A stretch of 25,606 nt of DNA from positions 1 to 25,606 of the forward strand of contig DATBHZ010000151.1 in the NCBI GenBank assembly GCA_036557185.1, given 5' to 3'. Each line of letters starts with the position of its first letter. Position 1 is the first letter of the stretch. The DNA comes from Acidimicrobiia bacterium. Its GTDB lineage: Bacteria > Actinomycetota > Acidimicrobiia > IMCC26256 > JAENVU01. Positions 1 through 7,013 of the stretch are shown here, piece by piece. A program made the translations under genes and the position numbers. Under the pieces are notes generated by a model. That model searched no databases. It was not told the DNA's origin and saw only the letters and a program-made list of their open reading frames with translations.

Positions 1-435
1 GCTCCCTTTCCGGGGCAGGAACCCCTCGAAGCAGAAGCGGTCCGCCGGCAGGCCCGACACCACGAGCGCGGCGAGCACCGCGCTGACGCCCGGCACGACC
101 TCGACATCGAGGCCCGCGTCGAGACATGCGCGGACCAGCCGAGCGCCGGGATCGCTGATGCCCGGCATGCCTGCGTCGCTCGCGTACGCGACGACGCAGC
201 CTTTCTGTATCTCGTCGACGATCTTCTCGGCCTCGCGTGCCTCGTTGCTCGCGTGGACGGACCGCAGCCGGCCCGCTCCGCTCAGCCCCGCGTGGGTGAG
301 CAACGCGCGTGTGCGGCGGGTGTCCTCGCAGGCGACGACGTCCGCGTCCCGCAACGCCTCGACGGCCCGTGGCGTCATGTCGCCGAGGTTGCCGATCGGC
401 GTTCCGACGAGCACCAACCGCCCCGGCGCTGTCAC
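1..435 (-). CDS. rsmI: 16S rRNA (cytidine1402-2'-O)-methyltransferase RsmI, N-terminal ~145 codons; 3' end runs off the window
   Basis: Minus-strand translation reads VTAPGRLVLVGTPIGNLGDMTPRAVE...PGVSAVLAALVVSGLPADRFCFEGFLPRKGS. The GTPIGNxxD and PGxSAxxAAL..SGLPxDRFxFEGFLP blocks are diagnostic of RsmI. The GTG start overlaps the upstream DUF192 stop by GTGA. Confidence 0.8.
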   Translation of the reverse strand, partial: MTAPGRLVLVGTPIGNLGDMTPRAVEALRDADVVACEDTRRTRALLTHAGLSGAGRLRSVHASNEAREAEKIVDEIQKGCVVAYASDAGMPGISDPGARLVRACLDAGLDVEVVPGVSAVLAALVVSGLPADRFCFEGFLPRKGS

Positions 436-758
436 TCCCGGACTTCGATGCGGTCGCCGATCTTGAGACCCCAGCGCTCGAACGCGCCGGCTTGTGCCTC
501 GATCACCATCGTCGAGCGCGTGACCAGAGGCGACACGCGCCAGGGCCGCAGGGTGCACGTGCGCAGCACGATCCCGTGACGATCGCAGAAGGCGACGTCG
601 ATCGCGAACCGCATCCCCGCGGTGTGAACGTTCTTGCACGGGCGCAACACCAGGGCACCGTCGAGCCCGTCACGCCCCAGCAGGCCGCGGATGCGACCGA
701 CCACCGAGCGCGGCTCCTCGGCCGCCGCCAGCACGGAGCCGCCCGACATCAACCACAT
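432..758 (-). CDS. DUF192 (COG1430) family protein
   Basis: 108-aa ORF with the family hallmark ...CKNVHTAGMRFAIDVAFCD.... Its stop overlaps the rsmI GTG (GTGA), and it sits 9 nt downstream of the ychF-like stop, consistent with an operon. Confidence 0.7.
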   Translation of the reverse strand: MWLMSGGSVLAAAEEPRSVVGRIRGLLGRDGLDGALVLRPCKNVHTAGMRFAIDVAFCDRHGIVLRTCTLRPWRVSPLVTRSTMVIEAQAGAFERWGLKIGDRIEVRE

Positions 759-767
759 TGCGCCGGC

Positions 768-1790
768 TCAGACGTTGAATCGGATCTCGAGCACATCACC
801 GTCGGCCACCACGTAGTCCTTGCCTTCGACCCGCAGCATTCCGAGCTCCTTGGCCTTCGCCCACGACCCGACCTCGAGCAGCTCGTCCCAGCGGACCACC
901 TCGGCGCGGATGAACCCTCGTTGGAGGTCCGAGTGGATCACACCCGCGCACTCGGGCGCACGAGCGCCGGCACGGAACGTCCACGCACGGCTCTCCTTGT
1001 CCCCCGTCGTCAGGAAGGTCTCGCGGCCGAGCAAGGAGTACGCCGCCCGTGCGAGGCGCGGCAGGACGCTCTCGGCGATGCCCAGATCGGCGAGCAGCTC
1101 GGCGCGCTCGGCCCCGCTCGCGGCAACGACGTCGGGATCCCCCTCGAGCTCGAGGCACACGGCAAGGGCCTCGTCGCCGACACGCTTCGCCTCGGTGTCG
1201 GCCGCGTCGAGCTGGTCGACCCCGATGTTGACGACGGTGAGCGTGGGCTTGTTCGTGAGGAGGAACACGGGCGCGAGCAGCTCACGTTCGGAGCTGCTCA
1301 GGTCCGACCGGTAGACGGGTGTGCCGTCTTCCAGCACGGCCATGGCGCGCTCGAGCGCAGCGATCTCGGGCGCGATGGACTTGTCGCCCTTCACCGCGCG
1401 GCGCTGCTTGGCGAGGCGTTGCTCGACCGACGCGAGGTCGGCGAGGACGAGCTCGTACTCGAGCGTCTCGAGCTCTGCGGTCGGGTCCGCGCCGTCGGTC
1501 GCGCTGAGCACGTAGAGCACGGCATCGCAGTCGCGCAGCGAGCCCAACAGACGGCTGCCGACACCCTTCCCCGGCTCGTCGGACAGCCCGGGGATGTAGG
1601 CGATCTCGAACGTCGCCCGCACCGTCTTGCGCGACTCCGACATCTCGGCGAGGCGGTCGAGCCGCTCGTCAGGGAGCTGCACGACCCCGACCATCCGGTC
1701 GGTGGCGGTCGACGCGTCCTGGCCGGTGAGCGCTGCGAACAGGCGGGCGTGCCCCGATCCGGACATCCCGACCAACCCGAGGTGCTCCAT
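768..1790 (-). CDS. ychF: YchF/Obg-family ribosome-binding ATPase homolog with degenerate G1/G3 motifs
   Basis: 340 aa from the ATG at 1790 (MEHLGLVGMSGSGHARLFAALT). It aligns end to end with YchF, including the C-terminal TGS domain ...IHSDLQRGFIRAEVV...VEGKDYVVADGDVLEIRFNV. The ORF-track N-terminal extension (MGRLPWF...) is a frame run-on. Confidence 0.8.
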   Translation of the reverse strand: MEHLGLVGMSGSGHARLFAALTGQDASTATDRMVGVVQLPDERLDRLAEMSESRKTVRATFEIAYIPGLSDEPGKGVGSRLLGSLRDCDAVLYVLSATDGADPTAELETLEYELVLADLASVEQRLAKQRRAVKGDKSIAPEIAALERAMAVLEDGTPVYRSDLSSSERELLAPVFLLTNKPTLTVVNIGVDQLDAADTEAKRVGDEALAVCLELEGDPDVVAASGAERAELLADLGIAESVLPRLARAAYSLLGRETFLTTGDKESRAWTFRAGARAPECAGVIHSDLQRGFIRAEVVRWDELLEVGSWAKAKELGMLRVEGKDYVVADGDVLEIRFNV

Positions 1791-1848
1791 CGCCGTCAGG
1801 CTTCCACAATCGGGGCCCGCACCAGAACGGCGGGCGGCGGGCGGGTAG

Positions 1849-1872
1849 CCTGCCTGCTTCCCCAGGCAGGAG
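1849..1872 (+). promoter_or_regulatory. Leader hairpin CCTGCCTG-(6 nt)-CAGGCAGG whose 3' arm overlaps the AGGAG ribosome-binding site of the bL37-like ORF
   Basis: Perfect 8-bp inverted repeat at 1849-1856 / 1863-1870. Shine-Dalgarno AGGAG lies at 1868-1872, 6 nt before the GTG at 1879. Confidence 0.35.
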
Positions 1873-1878
1873 CAGCAC

Positions 1879-1965
1879 GTGAGCAAGAAGACGAAGAAGC
1901 GCAAGCTCCGGGCTCGCCGCAAGAAGGCGAACCACGGCAAGCGGCCCAACGTCGGCCGCCGCTGA
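1879..1965 (+). CDS. Small basic ribosomal peptide, bL37-like (28 aa: MSKKTKKRKLRARRKKANHGKRPNVGRR)
   Basis: GTG start 6 nt after AGGAG. Extremely Lys/Arg-rich. The ANHGKRPN motif matches the actinobacterial 50S protein bL37 as I recall it. Too short for the ORF track. Confidence 0.5.
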   Translation: MSKKTKKRKLRARRKKANHGKRPNVGRR

Positions 1966-2442
1966 TCAGCTCACGGCTCGCCGGCTCCCCCAGTCCGCCA
2001 GGAGCAAGCCGCCCGCCACGATCGGGACCAGCGCGAGGCTCGCGATCATCGAGACCTGATCGCCCGTCGAGAAGGGCCCCAGGTGCCGCGCGTGGTACAC
2101 GACGTGCAGGACGCCCTGCACCAGCCACGCCACCAGGACCCACCGTGTCAGCACCACCGACAGGGTCACGGCCGCAGCGATCGTGACGATCGCCATCGCC
2201 AGGTACAGCGAGCCCACGTCGCGGACGAGGTGCTCGTTGTACGGACCGACCTGCGCGACCCAGACGTGGCCGAGACCCGGGAAGTCGTCGTAGAACGAGC
2301 GCGGGGTGAACGCTCCCCAGATCCCGATGACGATCGCCGGGATCCCGAGCAGCACCAGCCCGATGCGCGTGAGCGACCTAACCACGAGCCGACTCCGCCG
2401 CTCGACGCGTTGTAGCGACCTCGGCCCAGCCCTCGCGTGCAC
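1966..2442 (-). CDS. Hypothetical integral membrane protein (about 4 TM helices)
   Basis: Non-Arg-rich, hydrophobic ORF (LVLLGIPAIVIGIWGAF..., LAMAIVTIAAAVTLSVVL..., IASLALVPIVAGGLLL). An alternative GTG start at ~2385 would cut the overlap with the downstream epimerase gene to 8 nt. Confidence 0.5.
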   Translation of the reverse strand: MHARAGPRSLQRVERRSRLVVRSLTRIGLVLLGIPAIVIGIWGAFTPRSFYDDFPGLGHVWVAQVGPYNEHLVRDVGSLYLAMAIVTIAAAVTLSVVLTRWVLVAWLVQGVLHVVYHARHLGPFSTGDQVSMIASLALVPIVAGGLLLADWGSRRAVS

Positions 2443-3307
2443 TCGGGTACGCGGGTTTCCAACCGGTCGTCGCGCGCAGCTTGCGGTTGCTCACGCGCTG
2501 CGAGGTGCCGAGCGCCCGAGCCGCAGCCCCGGGAACGAGCGCCGGGACGGGATGCAGCCTCCCGGTGCCCATCGCCTCCGCGAACACGTCGAGGTACGCG
2601 CGCTTCGTCAGCGGCTCGTCGTCGACCACGTTGAAGATCCCGGAGGGTGCGCCCACCGCAGCGACGACCGCTGTGCCCGCGTCGTCGGCGTGGATCGTGC
2701 TGATGTACTGCGACCCGCGGCCGAGCACGGTGCTGCTGCGGATGTGCGCAAGCTTCAGGGCTTCGTCGGTCCCCCGGTTGCCACGACCTCCGTAGAACGA
2801 TCCGAATCGCAGGACGACCGCGCGAACGTCGGGGCCCCCGAGCGCCAGCGCGAGGTCCTCGCCCTCCTTGGTCGGCGCGAGCATCCCGAGGTTCGACTGG
2901 AGTGGCGCATCCTCGTCGAGCCAGCGGTCGCCCCCGTCGGCGTACATGAACGTGATCGACTCCTTGACGAACGCCGTGACGCCGTGCGTGCGCGCCGCTT
3001 CGACGAGCGCGCGCGTCGCATCCGTGCGGAGCTTGTTGTGCATGCTCCAGGCCGACGGTCGGACCATCTGGCCGAGCGCCGGCACGTGCGTCGCGAGGTG
3101 TGCAATCCCTTCGCAGCCCTCGACAGCTTCGACGACGGCGCGCGTGTCGAACAGGTCGACGGACACAGGCTCCGCGCCGGAGGCGCGCAGCTCCTCCGCG
3201 GCCTCGGGCCTGCGGGCGACGGCCCGGACCTCGTGCCCGGCCTCGACCAGGCCCCGGACGGCCGGACGGCCGACGACCCCGGTAGCTCCTGTCACGAACA
3301 GCTTCAT
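2378..3307 (-). CDS. NAD(P)-binding epimerase/dehydratase or NmrA-like atypical SDR
   Basis: Start MKLFVTGATGVVGRPAVRGLVEAGHEVRAV, a Rossmann GxxGxxG. GGAGGA lies 8 nt upstream. Its ATG overlaps the Rrf2 stop (ATGA). Confidence 0.85.
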   Translation of the reverse strand: MKLFVTGATGVVGRPAVRGLVEAGHEVRAVARRPEAAEELRASGAEPVSVDLFDTRAVVEAVEGCEGIAHLATHVPALGQMVRPSAWSMHNKLRTDATRALVEAARTHGVTAFVKESITFMYADGGDRWLDEDAPLQSNLGMLAPTKEGEDLALALGGPDVRAVVLRFGSFYGGRGNRGTDEALKLAHIRSSTVLGRGSQYISTIHADDAGTAVVAAVGAPSGIFNVVDDEPLTKRAYLDVFAEAMGTGRLHPVPALVPGAAARALGTSQRVSNRKLRATTGWKPAYPSAREGWAEVATTRRAAESARG

Positions 3308-3792
3308 CGAACGACCTCCTCCAGCCAGCGCGCACCGCGCCGGAGCGCGAGCGGCGACGCGTCGCGGATCACAGCGTCCGCCAGGTCGGCGATCGCAACG
3401 CGAGCGAGCTGCTCCCGCCACGCGGCGTCGGCCTGGTCCATGACGCGATGGATCGCGCAGGGCACCCGGTACTCGCGCGCTGCAACGGCAGCCGGCCCGC
3501 GGCGCCGGATCTCGTGGCAGCGGAACGCGGGCTCGTCACCGTCGATCGCCTCGACGACGTCGAGCATCGTGATCTCCGCGGCGGGTCGCGCGAGCCGGTA
3601 GCCCCCACGCGGCCCCTGCACCGACTCGAGCAGGCCCGCGCGGCTCATGGCCTGCAGGTGCTTGGCCAGGTAGGCAGCGGGCACTCCGTGGTACTCGGCG
3701 AGCCTCCCGGTCGGGAGCGCAGTTCCCGGCGGCAACACCGAGAGCAGCACGGCGCAGTGAGCACCCCACTCGACGCCGTCCGAGATCCTCAT
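3304..3792 (-). CDS. Rrf2 (BadM/IscR/NsrR) family transcriptional regulator
   Basis: N-terminal winged HTH typical of Rrf2 (LPTGRLAEYHGVPAAYLAKHLQAMSRAGLLESVQGPRGGYRLARP). 162 aa. Confidence 0.85.
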   Translation of the reverse strand: MRISDGVEWGAHCAVLLSVLPPGTALPTGRLAEYHGVPAAYLAKHLQAMSRAGLLESVQGPRGGYRLARPAAEITMLDVVEAIDGDEPAFRCHEIRRRGPAAVAAREYRVPCAIHRVMDQADAAWREQLARVAIADLADAVIRDASPLALRRGARWLEEVVR

Positions 3793-3830
3793 AATCCGGA
3801 TGTTAGATATCCGGATATCCGTAGGTCAAC
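3793..3830 (-). promoter_or_regulatory. Leaderless promoter for the Rrf2 gene with two palindromic ATCCGGAT operator sites
   Basis: On the minus strand: TTGACC (plus 3824-3829), 18 nt, TAACAT (plus 3800-3805), 7 nt, ATG. A perfect 12-bp palindrome ATATCCGGATAT sits at 3807-3818 between the -35 and -10. A second palindrome ATCCGGAT at 3794-3801 overlaps the transcription start. Confidence 0.5.
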
Positions 3831-3851
3831 CCGGCGGTTCTGCCGGGAGCC

Positions 3852-4430
3852 TCAGCCTGTGTGCTGCGCGATGCGCTTGCGCGAACGCGTGTCCACGTCG
3901 ACGCTCTCGAGGCTGCCCACGAAGCGCGCCAACGCCGGCCATCCACTCCAGAACATGACGGTCATGCGGACGACAGGGTCGTCGAACACCCAGATCCGGA
4001 GCACGAGCGGCGCGGCCGCCCAGGACCGTCGCATCCCCGAGCTGCGACGCATCCGGCGGACACGCAGCGCGGACACGTCGTCGAGACGGAACGGGCCGTG
4101 CCAGCCGAGCAGGCCCCGCCGCCGGATCGTCCTGCCGTCGACGACGACGCAGAGGCGGAGCGTCGCAAGCAGCGCGACAGCAGGCACCGCGAAGAGCACG
4201 AGGCCCGTGCCGATCAGCGCGGCTCCCGCCACCGCGAGCGTGAGGAAGCCGGCGCCCGTGATGGGGAATGCCACGTGTGGCCGCACCACGAGCGAGGGCG
4301 CGCGCCGATGCCGTGCCTCGTCGTCGCCTTGTCGCGCACGGCCCGGCCTCGTAGGACGCGGGTGCCCGCCTTCGCCTGCGTGGCCTGCTTCGACGTGGAG
4401 GGCAACGGCAGGTAGCCCTTGCTCCGCCAT
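3852..4430 (-). CDS. Bacterial PH-domain (bPH_2/YdbT-like) membrane protein
   Basis: Two TM helices, then CVVVDGRTIRRRGLLGWHGPFRLDDVSALRV, a PH-like fold. The start is assigned to the second ATG (MAEQG) because of the promoter geometry. Confidence 0.55.
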   Translation of the reverse strand: MAEQGLPAVALHVEAGHAGEGGHPRPTRPGRARQGDDEARHRRAPSLVVRPHVAFPITGAGFLTLAVAGAALIGTGLVLFAVPAVALLATLRLCVVVDGRTIRRRGLLGWHGPFRLDDVSALRVRRMRRSSGMRRSWAAAPLVLRIWVFDDPVVRMTVMFWSGWPALARFVGSLESVDVDTRSRKRIAQHTG

Positions 4431-4466
4431 CGAACCCATTGTGCGAAGGCTGACTCAGGGTTGCAA
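4431..4466 (-). promoter_or_regulatory. Leaderless promoter TTGCAA-N17-CACAAT-N7-ATG for the PH-domain protein gene
   Basis: Minus-strand reading ccTTGCAAccctgagtcagccttcgCACAATgggttcgATGgcg. -35 at plus 4461-4466, -10 at plus 4438-4443. Confidence 0.4.
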
Positions 4467-4476
4467 GGATTCCGGC

Positions 4477-5376
4477 TCAATCCCAGGGATCGAGTTGCGC
4501 GAGATAGCCGAGGATCGCCCGGTTTGTCTCCTTCGGTTTCTCTTGCTGGGTCCAGTGCCCGCAGTCGGCGACGAGCGCGCGCTCGAGGTTTGGGACACGC
4601 TCCTCCATGCCCGCGCTCATCGCGGGGGTGAGTACGGGATCACCCTCCGCGGAGATCATCAAGCACGGCACGTCGATCGTGCGATCCGCGACATCGGCGC
4701 CCTGGTGCCACGACGCGTCGAGGTTCCGGTAGTAGTCAAGAGGGGGTGTCAGGGCACCGGACGGCCGGAACGCCTCCTCGTAGACCGCCAGCACCTCGTC
4801 GGTGAACACCTCGTCGTGCACCGTCGCCGGACCGCCGAAGATCATGCGCAGGAAGTCGCGGGCTCCTCCGCCCCACGAGAAGACCCACTCGGCGACGCCC
4901 GGGTCCTGGAACTGGACCATGTAGGGAGGCTGGTCCGGGAATGCCTTGCGCAGGAGCTCGATGGGCGGGATCTGGGATCGCGGCAGGTCAGGCGTGTTCA
5001 CGCCGATCACGCCTGCGGTCCGCTGCGGGTACCGGCGCGCGAACTGCCAGACGAGCAAGCCACCCCAGTCGTGCCCGACCATCACCGCCCGATCGTGACC
5101 GAGCGCCGCGATCACCTCTGCGAGGCAGGAGTTGACGTATCGCATGTCGTATGCGAGGTCCGGCTTGTCGGAGCGCCCGTACCCGGGAAGGTCGACGGCG
5201 ACCGCGCGGAAGCCGGCGTCGGCGATGGGTCCGAGCTGGTGGCGCCACGAGTACCAGATCTCGGGGAAGCCGTGGCAGAGCAGGACCAGAGGGCCGTGCC
5301 CCTGCTCGACGGCGTAGATGCGTGCGCCGCGTGCCACTAGGTAGCGGTCCGAGGCTCCGGCGGGAAGCGTGCTCAT
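4477..5376 (-). CDS. Alpha/beta-hydrolase-fold epoxide hydrolase
   Basis: HGFPEIWYSWRHQ (the HGXP oxyanion motif of epoxide hydrolases), nucleophile elbow GHDWGG, and a C-terminal ...DCGHWTQQEKP catalytic His. Confidence 0.85.
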   Translation of the reverse strand: MSTLPAGASDRYLVARGARIYAVEQGHGPLVLLCHGFPEIWYSWRHQLGPIADAGFRAVAVDLPGYGRSDKPDLAYDMRYVNSCLAEVIAALGHDRAVMVGHDWGGLLVWQFARRYPQRTAGVIGVNTPDLPRSQIPPIELLRKAFPDQPPYMVQFQDPGVAEWVFSWGGGARDFLRMIFGGPATVHDEVFTDEVLAVYEEAFRPSGALTPPLDYYRNLDASWHQGADVADRTIDVPCLMISAEGDPVLTPAMSAGMEERVPNLERALVADCGHWTQQEKPKETNRAILGYLAQLDPWD

Positions 5377-5452
5377 GCGCGCAACCTATCGGCGGCCCGT
5401 ACCCGCGGACCATCCTTGCGGCGCGTGCGCCTCGCACGCCTACGATCGCCGC

Positions 5453-6226
5453 GTGGAAGACCTGGTGCTCATCGCACGCACGGACCGCGTCTGCACGATC
5501 ACGCTGAACCGTCCAGAGGCCCGCAACGCGTTGAACGTTGCGCTGCAGCGAGCAGCCGGAGCAGCGCTGACCGATGCCGACGACGACCCCGACATCGACG
5601 TCGTCATCCTGACGGGCGCCGACCCGGCATTCTGCGCAGGGCTCGACCTGCGCGAGCTCGGCAGCGACGCCGGCAACCTCGTCGGCGGCGCGGACGACGC
5701 GGCACAGAGCCCGTTCGCCGCTCTCTGGCAGATGACCAAGCCGGTCATCGGAGCGGTCAACGGGCCGTGCGTCACCGGTGGGTTCGAGCTCGCGCTGGCG
5801 TGCGACTTCCTCGTCGCATCCGACCGGGCGACCTTCGGCGACACGCATGCGCGTGTCGGTGTCATGCCCGCAGGCGGCATGAGCATCCTCCTGCAGCAGG
5901 CGATCGGCGTGCGCAGGGCGAAGGAGCTCAGCCTCACCGGCAACTTCCTGCCGGCAGCCGACGCGCTCGCGTGCGGGCTGGTGAACCGCGTTGTGCCGCA
6001 CGACACACTGCTCGACGTCGCGACGGCGTTGGCGCTCGACATCGCCGGGAACGACCAGCGGGCGGTGCGCAATCACAAGAAGCTCCTCGACGCGAACTCG
6101 AGATCGACGGTCGCGGAAGGCATCGAACGGGAGCAGGAGTACTTCCGGGCGTGGCGCATCGACCCGGCCGAGATCGAACGACGGCGCAGCAGCGTGGTCG
6201 AGAGGGGTCGCGCGCAGCAGGCGTGA
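5453..6226 (+). CDS. Enoyl-CoA hydratase/isomerase (crotonase) family protein
   Basis: VEDLVLIARTDRVCTITLNRPEARNAL..., FCAGLDL, and KPVIGAVNGPCVTGGFELALACDF. A GTG start at 5453 is preferred over the ATG at 5369, which would overlap the divergent epoxide hydrolase start. Confidence 0.8.
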   Translation: MEDLVLIARTDRVCTITLNRPEARNALNVALQRAAGAALTDADDDPDIDVVILTGADPAFCAGLDLRELGSDAGNLVGGADDAAQSPFAALWQMTKPVIGAVNGPCVTGGFELALACDFLVASDRATFGDTHARVGVMPAGGMSILLQQAIGVRRAKELSLTGNFLPAADALACGLVNRVVPHDTLLDVATALALDIAGNDQRAVRNHKKLLDANSRSTVAEGIEREQEYFRAWRIDPAEIERRRSSVVERGRAQQA

Positions 6227-6314
6227 GCGCAACGCTTGCTGAACTTTCGCGAAGACTCGCGACCGGCGCTGCTCGCCTGCGCAACGGCTCTCGGGCGGCC
6301 CGTACTGTTGCCTC

Positions 6315-7013
6315 ATGGACGGGACACCCGTCGGCCGGCGTGTTTTTCTGGGCGTTGTAGGCCTCGGCGCGCTCGGCATCGTGTTCGGGCGCCAGACCCA
6401 GGATTTCCTGGGCCGCGCGCTCAGGCCGGTCACGTCGTTCGACCCGACGGGCCTGTCCGGCCTGCTGCCCGTAGGCGGCTTCCGCTACTACACGGTGACG
6501 GGCGGCTTCCCGTCGAAGAGCAAGGCCGACTACCGGCTGCGCGTCAAAGGCCTGGTCGAGCGTCCCTTCACGCTCACGTACGACGAGCTCGTCGCGCTCC
6601 CGCCGACGCGCTTGAAGCGTGACTTCCAATGTGTCACCGGGTGGCGCGTCGACGGTGTGCACTGGCAAGGCGTGCTCCTGCGCGACCTCCTCGATCGCGC
6701 CGTCGTGAAGCCCGAGGGCACCGCCCTCAAGTTCACGTCGTTCGACGGGACCTACACCGAGAGCCTCACCCTGGACCAGGCGCGTCGCTCCGACGTGATC
6801 GTCGCCTACAAGCTCGACGGCGACGACATCTCGTCCCGGCACGGCGGCCCCGTTCGGCTCTACGTCGCCCCGATGTACGGATACAAGAGCTGCAAGTGGC
6901 TCGACGGCATCGAAGTCACTGCGAAGGTCGACCAGGGCTACTGGGAGGATTACGGCTACGACATCGACGGCTGGGTGGGGAAATCGAATGGCCGCGACGA
7001 CAACCCAACCTGA
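6315..7013 (+). CDS. Tat-secreted molybdopterin-dependent oxidoreductase, sulfite-oxidase family (MsrP/YedY-like catalytic subunit)
   Basis: Twin-arginine signal (GRRVFLGVVGLGALG). Oxidored_molyb-type blocks FRYYTVTGGFP, DYRLRVKGLVERPFTLTYDEL, and DFQCVTGWRVDGVHWQGVLLRDLL carrying the Mo-ligand Cys. Confidence 0.8.
   Translation: MDGTPVGRRVFLGVVGLGALGIVFGRQTQDFLGRALRPVTSFDPTGLSGLLPVGGFRYYTVTGGFPSKSKADYRLRVKGLVERPFTLTYDELVALPPTRLKRDFQCVTGWRVDGVHWQGVLLRDLLDRAVVKPEGTALKFTSFDGTYTESLTLDQARRSDVIVAYKLDGDDISSRHGGPVRLYVAPMYGYKSCKWLDGIEVTAKVDQGYWEDYGYDIDGWVGKSNGRDDNPT

Noticed and set aside
768-1949. N-terminal 53-codon extension of the ychF-like ORF (MGRLPWFAFLRRARSLRFF...)
   Set aside because: The extension is not homologous to YchF, which starts directly at the G1 motif. 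The internal ATG at 1790 gives the canonical N-terminus. The extension would also cover the bL37-like gene's promoter and RBS.
309-2186. 625-aa plus-strand ORF spanning the rsmI, DUF192 and ychF region
   Set aside because: Arg/Pro/Gly-rich low-complexity translation, antisense to three well-supported minus-strand genes. A typical open wrong frame in 70% GC DNA.
3448-5340. 630-aa plus-strand ORF across the Rrf2, PH-protein and epoxide hydrolase region
   Set aside because: Antisense to homology-supported genes. The composition is dominated by R/P/A/G. No recognisable domain.
5369-5452. Upstream ATG start for the enoyl-CoA hydratase
   Set aside because: It would overlap the divergent epoxide hydrolase start codon. 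Crotonases begin ~10 residues before the NRPEARNAL motif, which the GTG at 5453 provides.
6227-6314. TTCGCGAA palindrome and duplicated GCGCAACG motif downstream of the enoyl-CoA hydratase
   Set aside because: Short motifs of this size are expected by chance in an 88-bp GC-rich spacer. No supporting promoter or terminator geometry.
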